DNA of 64,000 nt from Asterias rubens (taxonomy: Eukaryota), in the NCBI RefSeq assembly GCF_902459465.1, contig NC_047074.1, forward strand, positions 9,176,001 through 9,240,000, in the 5' to 3' direction. Every line of letters begins with the position of its first letter. The first letter of the stretch is position 1. Shown here one piece after another: positions 13,795 through 26,027 of this stretch. The notes beneath the pieces were generated by a model. It was not told where the DNA came from, searched no databases, and saw only the letters and a list, made by a program, of their open reading frames with translations. The position numbers and the translations under genes are program-made.

Positions 13795-14167
13795 AGACAG
13801 TGGACACTATTGGTAACTGTCAAAGACTAGTCTTCACAGTTCGTGCATCTCAACATATGCATAAAATAACAAACCTGTGAAAATTTGAGCTCAATCGGGC
13901 GTCGAATTTGCGAGATAATAATGTAAAGAAAAAAGCGCCCTTGTCACACAAAGTCGTGTGCTTGCTGATGCTTGATTTCGAGACCTCAAACTTGAGGTCT
14001 CGAAATCAAATTCGTGGAAAATTACTTCTTTCTCAAAAACTACGTCACTGCAGAGGGAGCTGTTTCACACAATGTTTTATACCATCAACCTCTCCCCATT
14101 ACTTGTAATCAAGAAAGGTTTTATGATGATAATTATTTTGAGAAATTACCAATAGTGTCCACTGCCT
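13795..14167. mobile_element. Kolobok-like MITE (TTAA target site, AG..CT termini)
   Basis: ttaa|AGACAGTGGACACTATTGGTAA ... ccaatagtgtccactgcct|ttaa; interior shared with many copies in the window. Confidence 0.8.
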
Positions 14168-14189
14168 TTAAAGGTGGAAATGCCATCAA

Positions 14190-14552
14190 AGGCACTGGAC
14201 ACTATTGGTAATTACTAAAGATAATTTTAGCATAAAATCTTACTTGGTAACAAGCAATGGAGAGCTGTTGATAGTATAAAAACATTGTGAGGAACGGCTC
14301 CCTCTGAATTAATGTAATTTTTGAGAAAGAAGTAATTTCTCACTCAACAAATAAAATACTTCGGCTGAAGCCTTTTACTACAGTGTATTGCATCTGAATG
14401 CATACAAAGTTGTGCAACAAGGGTGTTTCTCTTTCATTATTCTCTTGCGACTTTGATGACCAATTGAGCCCACATTTTCACATGTTTGCTACTCTATGCA
14501 AATGTTGGGATACACCAAAGGAAAATACTAGTCTTTGACGTGTCCAGTGCCT
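14190..14552. mobile_element. Kolobok-like MITE, same family, opposite orientation
   Basis: aggcactggacactattggtaatt ... tgtccagtgcct|ttaa. Confidence 0.75.
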
Positions 14553-15146
14553 TTAAAGGTACTTCCAACGATCTAGAGCTCTCTGTTTCAGACTGTTTTG
14601 TCAGCAACGACTCTCACCCCCGTCATAGAAATGGTGCAATACTGTGTGTCTCAAAAAAAACTACACACTTTTGAAATGGCTGCCAAATAAAAAATATACG
14701 ACTCGGGGGGGGGGGGGGGGGGGGGGAAAGGTTTATAGATGTATGGATAGCTTATGGATTCAACTTTCACATGAGACCAAAAAGTCTTGGGTTAGCACTG
14801 CTCACTGACGAATAAGAAGCCAACATCTTAGAGTGAATTTTGTAAGCTCCGAAGGACTTGCCTCTCACAAATTGGAAGGCTAATTCCTGCGCAACCTAAT
14901 TTTCATACACTTTACAAAAGTGAGCCGTGCTTACCCAAGCATGAATTATTTCAGGACTTATTGGTGTCATATGAAAGTTGAGATGATAAGCTATCCATAC
15001 ATACAGTGTATAAACCTTTTCCCCCAGACTCATCTTTTTTATTCAGCAGCTATTTCAAAAGTGTTTGTATATATTTTTTTATAGACACCCTGTTTAAGAC
15101 CTTATTTTGCGTAGAATGCAAAAGCACTTGCTCTACTTTGATTTAA

Positions 15147-15532
15147 AGGCAGTGGACACTATTGGTAATTACTCAAAGTATCTTTCAGCATAAAACATCA
15201 ACTGGTAACGAAAAATGGGGAGAGGTTGATAGTATTAAAACATTGTGAGAAACGCCTCCCTCTGAAGTGACGTAGTTTTCGAGAAAGAATTAATTTTCCA
15301 CGAATTTGATTTCGAGAACTCAAGTTTAGAATCTTAGGTCTCGAAATCAACCATCTAAAAGCACACAACTTCGTGGGACAAGGATGTTTTTTTCTTTCAT
15401 AGCTATCTTGCAACTCCGACGAGCAATTGAGCTCAAATTTTCACAGGTTTGTTATTTTATGCATATGTTGAGATACATGTACATGTAGTGAGAAGACTTG
15501 TCTTTGACAATTACCAATAGTGTCCACTGTCT
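15147..15532. mobile_element. Kolobok-like MITE
   Basis: TTAA at 15143-15146 and 15533-15536 flanking the TIRs aggcagtggacactattggtaatt / aattaccaatagtgtccactgtct. Confidence 0.82.
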
Positions 15533-15698
15533 TTAACTTACGATTATTGGGCTGCTCTTGGAATGTACAATTCTGGAATAAAATAACACTGTGTATTAAA
15601 ACGCTTACTGAGTAATTGTGACACACAATTATATCTATATCTACAGTTTCTCTTTTTCAAAGAGAAGTTTGCTGAGAAAGAACAATTCACAATTAAAA

Positions 15699-16050
15699 AT
15701 GTAAACTTAGTACGATTAAATGTTAACTTAAAGCTGAACTAGTTTTTTTAAAACTTAAGACTGTAAGAACAAGCCATCATTAATATTCTTTTTAACAAAC
15801 ACACACAAAGTTAGAAGATTTCAGTAACATTAAAAAAAAAATAGATGTCAGACTAGTACTGAGGGATAAAAAATACAACACACAATTAATAATGTAAACC
15901 GAGTACGATTAAATTTGAAAGCTTTTCTATTTTTTTTTTTAGCTTAAGAACAAGCCATCATTTATTTCCTTGTTAAGAAACGCACACAAAGATAAAGGCA
16001 ATTTTAGTTACATTTAAACAAAAAATAAAAAAATGTCAGACTACTACGGA
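15699..16050. repeat. Direct duplication of ~190 bp downstream of the STAND gene stop codon
   Basis: aatgtaaac..gtacgattaaat..aagaacaagccatcatt..aaac(a/g)cacacaaag..aaaa(a/ga)tgtcagacta occurs twice (~15699 and ~15891). Confidence 0.75.
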
Positions 16051-16441
16051 GAGATATTGAATACAATTGTTTGTTACCCCTGTACGATGGATGTTAAGCA
16101 CTGTTTGCTCTATACCTTCCCCCGAGTCGGTAGTGGGGTTGGGATTGGAACCCCTCACCCTTGCAACTCCCCAAATTGTTGGATCTTCACATATGACATA
16201 ACACAAACTATTGCAATCCAGTAAAGCATATATAATTAGTTCATTTTAGTGGGCTTTAAACCCCCAACTGTTGCAATTTCTTAACTTTTGGAATAAAACC
16301 CAAAGAATTGCAATGATGTAAACCCTCATAATTATCACATTTAAAATCTATCCTTTTTACTGTGTCAGACTCTCACTCATGTTGACCCAACTACATTACA
16401 CTTTGACCTTTGACCTTGATCTCTGACCTTGACCTCTGTCA

Positions 16442-19400
16442 CTAGCTGATGACACAGCGTGGCCACTTGTAGCTCACCTCTTCTTCGTCTTTAAAAGTCA
16501 TGAAATAAAATTCAGGTAGAACAAAATTATTTTAATTTTTTTAGCAACAATTAGAGGTTGGTCCTTAAAAAAGTCGGATTGAAAACTTTGCATGGCGGAA
16601 GTATTACTAAAGCCCTTTTTACACTAAAGGAATACCTGGGAAATTCTCTGGAAATATTTAACCCTGCTCAGGGATAGAATTAAAGGCATTAACCCAAGGG
16701 TAACATGTTTTTCATAACACAACACACTGGACCTACATTTATGGCTTTATACATCCCATCCGAAGGACGCAGCAATAATGATTAAGGACTAAAGTGTCAT
16801 GACCGTAACTCAAACCCACAATATGCTGTTGATCAAGCCAGGAACACACTCTCTTCATCATGGTAAGTGCACTGGGTTCTTACGAGCATTAACGCAGCAC
16901 ATGGGACCTACATGTACATGTATGGCTTTACACATCCCATCCGAAGGACGCAGCAATAATGATTAAGGACTAAAGTGTCATGACCGTAACTCAAACCCAC
17001 ACTCTGCTGATCAGAAACACCAGAGCTTGAGTTCGGTGCTCTTATCTGCTCTGCATGTATGAGACATTTTCCTGTAGAGCACCAAGTAACTGTTTACAAG
17101 GTGCTGTGGCACAATATGCGGCACAATATGCTGTTGATCAAGCCAGGAACACACTCTCTTCATCATGGTAAGTGCACTGGGTTCTTATGAGCATTAACGC
17201 AGCACATGGGACCTACATGTATGGCTTTATACATGTACATCCCATCCGAAGGTCGCAGCAATAATGATTAAGGACTAAAGTGTCATGACCAGGACTCAAG
17301 CCTACACTGATACACCAGAGCTCCAGTTTGGTGCTCTTATCTGCTCTGCCACAACACTTGACGAGAGGTACATGTACATGTACACTGACAAGAGGTAAAG
17401 GTATCAGGCATATTTGATCCATGGACAACAGTAGTGCAATAAATATTTGAGCACAACGGCTGCCCTACGTACTTGTTCATATGGTGGTTAAATGTTTGTG
17501 TTCAAGCTATTTTATTAAAGACACTGGACACTACTGGTAATTGTCAAAGACTTGTCTTCGCAGTTGGTGTATCTCAACATATGCTTAAAATAACAAACCT
17601 GTGAAAATTTGAGCTCAATTGATCGTCGCAGTTGTGAAATATTAATGAAATAAAAAGTCGCACCATGGTCACACGAAGTTGTGTGCTTGCAGATGCTTGA
17701 TTACGAGACCTCAAATTCTTAATCTGAGGTCTCAAAATCAAATTCATGGAAAATTACTTCTTTCTCGAAAACTACGTCACTTCAGAGGGAGCCGTTTCTC
17801 ACAATGTTTTATACCATCAACCTCTCCCCATTACTCGTAATCAAGAAAGGTTTTATGAAAATACTTATTTTGAGTAACTACCGATAGTGTCCAGTGCCTT
17901 TTAATCACCATTTTTCTGATTTTTCGATGGGCAAAAATAAATAGGAAAAGTAGGAATAATTTCATGCCTGGGCGAAGAAGGGTTGACACTTACCGACTGG
18001 AGCGGCTGGTGGGAAATGAACTGTGATATTGTCGTCCAGTCTCATTTTCATGGAGAACCCAGAAACGCTCGTGATGCTGGAGTCCGTCTCCACATAGTCA
18101 TCCGCATCATTGTTGGAACGTCTTTTCTTGCCTTTCGGCTTGGTCTCTATATGTGCATGTACGTCTCCTAGGAAATATACAAAAATCATATGATCATTTG
18201 CAAATCTTACAAAGAAAAAGACAAAAAGTCATAGTGTAAAAATCTAGAAATTTAGCTTTCCTTCATGTTCATCCCTGATCGTGCAACAATTTTGCATTAA
18301 AGGGAAGGTGTACACGTTTGGTAATTACTCAAAACAAATATTAAATTAAAAACTGACTTGGTAACGAGCATTGGGGAGCTGTTGGTAGTATACAACATTG
18401 TGGGAAACGACTCCCCCTGAAGTAACATAGTCTTTGAGAAAGAGGTATTTTCTCACTAAAATAATTGAAGACTTCTACCTATGTAGAAGTCTTTTATTTC
18501 TATCTGAAAGCACACATGACACAAATTTGCCAACAAGGGTGTTTTTTCTTTCATCATTTTATCGCAACACCGATGACCAATTGAGCTCAAATTTTCACAG
18601 GCTTGTTATTTTATGTATATGATGGTATACACCAAGTGGGGACACTGGTCTTTGATAATTACCAAACGTGTACCTTCCCATTAATTATTTCCCTTCTCCT
18701 CATTGAATGAACTATTTTGTTTATTCTTGGAAGAATATATAGTTTGGGTAGTTATTCACCCAAACAACGGAATCTGAGAAACAGAAATGATTCTTGCAGA
18801 AGTCGTTTCTCAAATTTGTGAGTGTTTGAGGTCTTTTTGCGACCAGAGATGCAAATGGTATTTCTTTTTTAAATATGACATAATGAAGATTGCCCCAGAG
18901 CCCAAGCTTGACCAACAGCCCTAGCCTAGGTTTGGGCAACTGGTGGAGGTACAGGCTGACTTACTCTCCTGGGGCAAATTACTCTCAGCAGAATCTACTC
19001 GACGATGAAGTTTGGCCTCGCCCTCAACTGACGAATGGCGCAAATTACTATCAGCGGGAGTTACTTGACGATGGAGTTTGGCCTCGTCTTCTACTGAGGA
19101 ATCTGTGCTTGAACAAGATCCCCTCTTCCTTTTCAACAAGGACTCACTGTCAGTTGCTGAAGAATAGATAACACAAAAAAATAAATATACAGATTCTTGC
19201 TAACAAGTCCAGGAACAAATTAACTACTCATTTGTGACACGCTCTGTGAAAATGAGTCACATGTACATGTAGGCAATTTCAAGAATTGAGTTATATGAAT
19301 GGCTGGAAAGAAAACATCAGCAGCAGTAATTTGGTATGTGTCTAAGCTTTGGGGTGTATCGCGTTGCTGAGTTACTCCTGTTTGAAATAAGCCACTACAC

Positions 19401-20352
19401 CATTTTTTGTGAAAAACGAATTACAAGTAAAATGAAATTTTTTAAACTACCATATCGTGCAAAAGGATGCAAATTAGATGACCACAAAATGACCACAAAA
19501 TTGTTGTATTTGAAGCTTTATTGCCTAAAAGTAAGTGTTCTAAAGGTTAACCATGCAACTATGTTTTTTTTTATTTGTTTTTTTATTACATTTTCCACAT
19601 TAAACTGTCCATAACTTAATAATGCATTGGGCGAAATCTGACTCATTTTCACAGAGTGGGTCACATTTTTGCAATGTCTCAGTTCGCTCGACTGTAATAT
19701 TCTAAGAGATGTCTTGAGACTTCCAGAGCAAGTCTCAAGTCCAAGTATCAACATTTTTAGCCCAAGTAATAAGTCAAGTAAAAAAAAAAATTCTCATTGA
19801 TCAACTTCTGCTTGTTTTTCATTCATGCCTACAACGTTCTGCAGTCCTTAGTGGCTGAAACATTTGCACCACTCTTGTCTCAAGTCAAGTTCCCCATCTT
19901 TCAATTCAATTTTCAAGGCCATCTCCATTTGCCATTCAAGTTCCATGTTGTTCAGGTCAAGCCTTAAGTCAAATCCCCAGTCTTTCAGAGCAAGTTTCAA
20001 GTTATCAGGCCCAAAGTATTTTATGTCAAGTAGTTAAATCTGAAGTGTTTCAGAGCAAGTCGAAAGTCAAGTCTCAAGGTCTTTCAAGTCAAGTCTTTTA
20101 GGTCAAGCCTCAATTCAAGTCTGAAGTGTTTCAGAGCAAGTCCCGAGTCAAGTCTAGGTCTTTCAGGTCAAGTCTCACGTCTTTTAGGTCAAGTCTCAAG
20201 TCAAGTCTGAAGTGTTTCAGAGCAAGTCGCAAGGCAAATATCAAGGTCTTTCAAGTCAAGTCTCAAGTCAAATAAGAAGTGTTTTAGAGCAAGTCGCAAG
20301 TCAAGTCTCAAGGTCTTTCACGTCAAGTCCAAAGTCTTTCAGGGCAAGTCTA

Positions 20353-20434
<82 letters not shown>

Positions 20435-23400
20435 TGAAGCATTTATTTAGCGCTCTACGGAGAACAGAGCGCTTTACATGAGACTATGACAACAAAAGAC
20501 AAACAAACAAACTAGGCTGGGTGGGGAAAAAGAAATGTCTTTTGAATAGAGGCTTTTGAATACAGGCCTCTCTCAGACCTGCTGGGAGCTCATTCCATAG
20601 GCGGGGGCAGCTATGGAGAATGAGCTTGTCCCAGCTTTCCGTCTACATGTAGTTCTAGGAACGGAAAGCCGGGTCTGGTCAGCTGATGAGCGGAGACTTG
20701 CCTGTATTCATCAGCAGTATTGGAGTTGTGGGAATGAACAAGTTCAACCAGATATGATGGAGATTGGGTGAGGAGGATTTTGTATACATGAATGAAAAGA
20801 GAGGTCTTGAGACTTCCAGAGCAAGTCTCAAGTCCAAGTATCAACACTTCCAAGCCAAGTATTAGAAACACTGGACACATTTGGTAATTGTCAAAGACCA
20901 ATTTCCTCACTCGGTGTATCTCAACATAATATGCACAAAAAACAAACCTGTGAAAACTTGAACTCAATTGGTCGTCAAAAGTGCGAGATACATGTAATAA
21001 CAGAAGAAAAAACACCCTTGCCACACAAAGTGTGAGCTTTCAGATGCTTTTTATACTTCCAACAGCTCTCCATTGCTCGTTAGTAAGTTGTTATGCTAAA
21101 CATTATTTTGAATAGTTACCAATAGTGTCCAGTGCCTTTAAGTCAAGGACAGATTTTCACAATGGAAATATTTCTCCTTGAGGATTGATTCTGCTATTGA
21201 TGCAATCAAGTGAAAGAAAACTTTACATGTTGAGATTGACGAGTCCGTCTCACTAGCATCTTGGACTTCCAGTTTGGGCTTGTGCTGGTTGCTCTTATTC
21301 TCTGCTTCCTGGAAAGAAAATAAAACTCATCAGAATTCTCGGAGTACTTTAATAATATTATTAATAATAGCCAGTTTATTTTTCTAGCGCTTTTCACATC
21401 CGCAGGGCGTCCCAAAGCGCTTCACATTATTACCCCTGGTCACTGGGCCTTGATTTACTCCTTAAACCACCATCTCAGCTCCCTGGTGGGGAATATGCAG
21501 CCTGTGCAACATTAATATGCGCTACTCGGCTAAATCAATCACAAGAACCATCTCTGCCCTCACAGGTACCCATTTACTCCTGGGTGGAGAGAAGCAATTA
21601 TAGTTTAAGTGTCTTGCTCAGGGACACAAGTGTAACGACCAGGATTCAAACCCACACTCTGCTGAACAGAAGCACCACAGCTTGAGTTCGGTGCTCTTAT
21701 CCACTCGGTCACGACACCCTATACTTTACTACACTCTTTACTGAAGACAGCAAACAAAGTAACTCGGCTGTTGTAAAAGCACCTATAATTTTAAACTCGT
21801 TACTCGTATTCTGAAAACGAAAATACCAGGAGACGGAAAAATTTTTATTACGGTGATTTTTACACCTCGTTTGTTATAATCGGTCAAATATTGTTGTCGC
21901 AGTAAGTGCTTACAGATGAAAGTGCCAATTTTCATTGTTGCAGTAACTCCTATTGACAAGAACCGCTTTTGAAACTTCCCGCTATTAACTTCACGCTGAA
22001 TCAGAGGAGAGACGATCATGTCAATAGGAGTTCCTGCAACAATGGAAATGGGCACTTTTCAACTGTAAGCACATACCGCGACAACAACACTCGACCAATT
22101 TTCACAAACAATGTGTCAAAATCACCGTGAATAAATTGTCCGTCTCATGGTATTTTCATTTACAATTTTTAGTAACAATTTTAAAATTATAGGTGCTTGT
22201 ACAACAGCTGAGTTACTTTTTTGCTGTCTGCACATTATAATGATTTACTACACCACCAAAGTTCTTCAAGTCCGCTTTGAGGTGACCGTGACCCAGGCTT
22301 TCATTACATTTTATTGATTCTAGTTGTGAATCCAAGGACTCTCAGAGAAGTGAACGTCATCACTGTACTAGCCAAGAACCCACTGAAGAAAACACACGGA
22401 AGAAAGGTTCAGTCTTAGATGTTGTAGGAATACCAAAGAGAATTATTCCCTGGGAAACCCATCTAGTTAGGTAGAGACTAAAAACTCAATCCACATAGTG
22501 CCCCTGTAGTGATTTTAATCAGGGCGGAAGGCGAGGGAAGATACCACCACGCCGACGCCTTAGTCATTTAGCTTTTAAGCCATTGGACAATTTCGGTAAA
22601 CATATTGTCCAAAGGCCCACACTTCTTGTATCACAACTTATATATAAAATAACAATCCTGTGAAAATTTAGGCTCAATCGGTCATCGGAGCCGGGAGAAA
22701 ATAACGGGAAAACCCACCCTTGTTTCCGCACGTTACACCGTGTCATGACATGTGTTTAAAAAAAATCTGTAATTCTTGATGTCGAGAATTGATAATTGTT
22801 TTAATGTTCTCTCAAAAAGTAAAGCATTTCAAGGAATAACATTTCAAGAGAAGTCTTTCACCATAACCTTCTGTAAACCCTGTAAGTTATTTGTAAATCT
22901 GTGAACCTTTTTTTTTTCTTTTTCCGAAAGTGTATAATGGCTCTAATCAACCTTATATTTTAAGATGTTTTTTAATTTTGTATTTTTTTTGTATTCCATA
23001 TGCAACAAAGATAATACACAGACAACAAAACACAGACTTAGCTACCCCCCCCCCCAAAAAAAGTAAAGATATTTATTTGATCTTACCCTGAAGCGTCGCT
23101 TGTAAGCCGACAGAGTCGTCGACTTCCCGAGTTTTGTCAGCAAGAACTCTAGCTTGTTCTTGAGTCTCGGCCAATCGATGCTGTGAGCCATCCCTTTCCT
23201 CCAGAGCTCCTCCTCCATCGTCAGTGCCTCGTCCAGGTACTTCCGGGCCTCCTTGTAGTTCTTGTTGACGAGGTTGAGCGAGCCGACGAAGTAGACGCTG
23301 CGAGCGGTCAGCGGGTGTACCTCAAGGAGACGTTTACGGCCCTCCATGGCCTGTCTGGCGATGGGGATTGCATCATCATAGCTGTTGGTTATAAATTAGT

Positions 23401-25987
23401 GATTTACTCAACATACTTGTAAAACAAACTCTAGGTGTTCGGATGTGTGAAAGGGGTCGTTTCACAAGTACACTTTACTAGTCACAATAAAAAAAGTTCC
23501 AATCAAAGCAAGCAATCGCTTTGGCCTACATGGTCACCAACACACCCCGTTTTGTGAAGTACGTAAAGCCCTTTCATATGATGTATAGATTGTCAAAATA
23601 GCTTTTGTGGTTGAAGAAATAGAAACTGATGAATAATGACGACTGGAGAAGAGACTATCTAACCAGAAGGGAAATGTTTGTTGAAAACGCCTTGAAAACA
23701 GGCTTAAGCAGAGCTATTTATAGAAAAATACTAGATTACATGTCTGTAACATCATTTTTTTGTGTCAATGTAGTATAGCTAATTATATTTAATAACATTC
23801 ATTTTGGTTTTACCCTTGCGCCGATGTATGTTATGAAAAAAATCAGACAATACTCTGGTGAGATTTGAACCCACGAAACTGTGTCTTTTTAGGGCAATGT
23901 CATACCAACAAGACCACCCAGATTGAAAGAAACACCCCCCCCCCCGAAAAAATATAATAAATAAAATAAAATAAAATAAAAAATAATGGTACTAATAATA
24001 AAAAAAACCTGTAGCTGAAACTTTTGAAGCTATTTGCTTACTTTCCCATCTCGTAGTAGCTCATAGCAATATTCTTGAGGGAAGTAAACATTTTGTCCGT
24101 TCCTTCCATTCCGAGCAGTCTCTCCTGTTCCATGGCCTGTTTGTAGTAGTCCACCGCACCTTCATAATCTTCCATATCATGGAGGCAGGTACCTACACGA
24201 AGATAAGAAAAACTAATTATTGAAGGAACTCCAACCTGTATGCCGGCTGGCCAAAGGCTACAGAAAAGATCTGTGAAGGGCGCCTCAAGCTTGCTGGGCA
24301 CTGTGTCTGCCACTCGGAGATTGACACTTGCCCAACCATCCTCTGGGAGCCCACACAAGGCAAGGCTTCTCATGGGAGAAGATGTCTCTCCTTTGCAGAC
24401 ATCCTGAAAAGAGACACCGGCTTAACCAGCGCTGAGGAACTACATTACGCTCCTGCATGCTGGATTTTTGGCTTGAATATCAGAGACACTTTTCAACTAG
24501 AATTTTCTGCGAAACAGCTTTATAAAATTGGGCCTGTATAGAACATAAAGTCATTCATGTAATGATGTACACGTAGGTATGTTTTTTAAATACATACAAA
24601 AGGAACCCAGTTATAGTTACAGCAAAGAGAAGGGGGTTTGCCCTGGTGTTTCTGGCATGGTCTGGCAGCATGGGTCACCTTGCAAAGGGGTGGTTTCTCA
24701 AACTGTTTACTGGACCAAAAAACATTGTGCTAGACAAGAACCAAAATGAGATAGAAACTTCTTGAGCCCTGACAGCATGCATTTTAACTGTTTTCATTTG
24801 GATACATAAAGACGGACACTATTGGTAATTGTCAAAGACCAGTCGTCTCCCTTGGTGTATCTCAACATATATGCACAAAATAACTAACCTGTGAAAATTG
24901 GAGCTCAATTGGTCGAAGTTGCGAGATATCAATGAAAGAAAAAACACCCTTGTCACATGAAGATGTGTGTTTTTTTTACTGAGAAATTACTTCTTTCTCA
25001 AAAACTACCTTGCTTCAGAGAGAGCTGCTTCTCACAATGTTTTATACTATCAACAGCTGTTGAGATACACCAAGTGAGACGACTGGTCTTTGACAATTAC
25101 CAAAGGTGTCCAGTGTCTTTAAAAATGTATCTTGTAATTACTTCTTACCTAAATTCATGAGAAATGTAGGTACTTCTAAATGTTGTCCATGAGCCCCCGT
25201 CTTCCTGCGACAAATAGCTAGCGCTTTCCGGTAACAATCTTTCCCTCTCTCCTTCTCGCTTCTGATGAACGCCGGAGCGAGCCCGGGATCGATCATCGCT
25301 TTGTCTTGGTAGGCTCCACCAAGAGAGTTGTATGCCCGGGCGGTCAAGAGGTCGTCTTCTTTCAGGTGAGCCCGACGGATGGCCAGACATCTTTCGAGCT
25401 GCGGGATGGCGTCCGCCCATTTTCTGTTTCGAAGGTAGATGTCTCCGCGGAAGTGATAGCAGGTGGCGAGGCCGAGTTGTACGCCGATTGTCGTTGTATC
25501 CAGCTTTTTCAATTCGTCTTCAGCTTCTTGAATCATAGGCAGGAGGACTTCGACTGTGTGGCCAAGGTCCATCAGTTGGTACACCTGTACAAATCAATCA
25601 ATCAAGCATAGGCCTACATAATTATTTACAAAGCGCCTTATAAATCGAAGGTTTGCTCAAAGGCGCTAAGGCACAGAAGAGATCAAACAATTTTTAGCTG
25701 TGTTGAGGGATGTTGTGTCCATGGGGTGGACTTCAAAAGAGTCCCAAGATGATACTCCAAAGTTAGGACTATCTTTGTTAAATCAAACACTGTAGACTTG
25801 CAAGTTTAATCTAGTTTGGTTCTATATCATGCATATAGAAAAAGTGATGTGGCATGTTCTTGTCAAAACAATCTATGGTGAGCAGGAGCTATTTGATCAA
25901 CATTAGTTGTCTCTGTCCAGCACTCAGTGCAGCATGTCCATAATGTAATTCGGGGCTTGTTCATGAAAGGCCTTGAACATGAGAATG

Positions 25988-26027
<40 letters not shown>

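Noticed and set aside
13908-14211. Recurrent ORFs such as MLDFETSN../KLLLSRKLR (also at 15198, 40465, 44218, 62892)
   Set aside because: Chance frames inside copies of the same non-coding MITE; no transposase motifs and inconsistent between copies.
14706-14726. Poly-G tract as a G-quadruplex signal
   Set aside because: Simple homopolymer; similar poly-C/G runs occur throughout the window with no specific context.
20212-20481. ORF with poly-Asn tract
   Set aside because: Translation of the (AAT)n LINE tail and the TCAAG minisatellite.
20611-21024. 137-aa ORF as a host gene
   Set aside because: Chimera of a MITE and a frameshifted L2/CR1 fragment.
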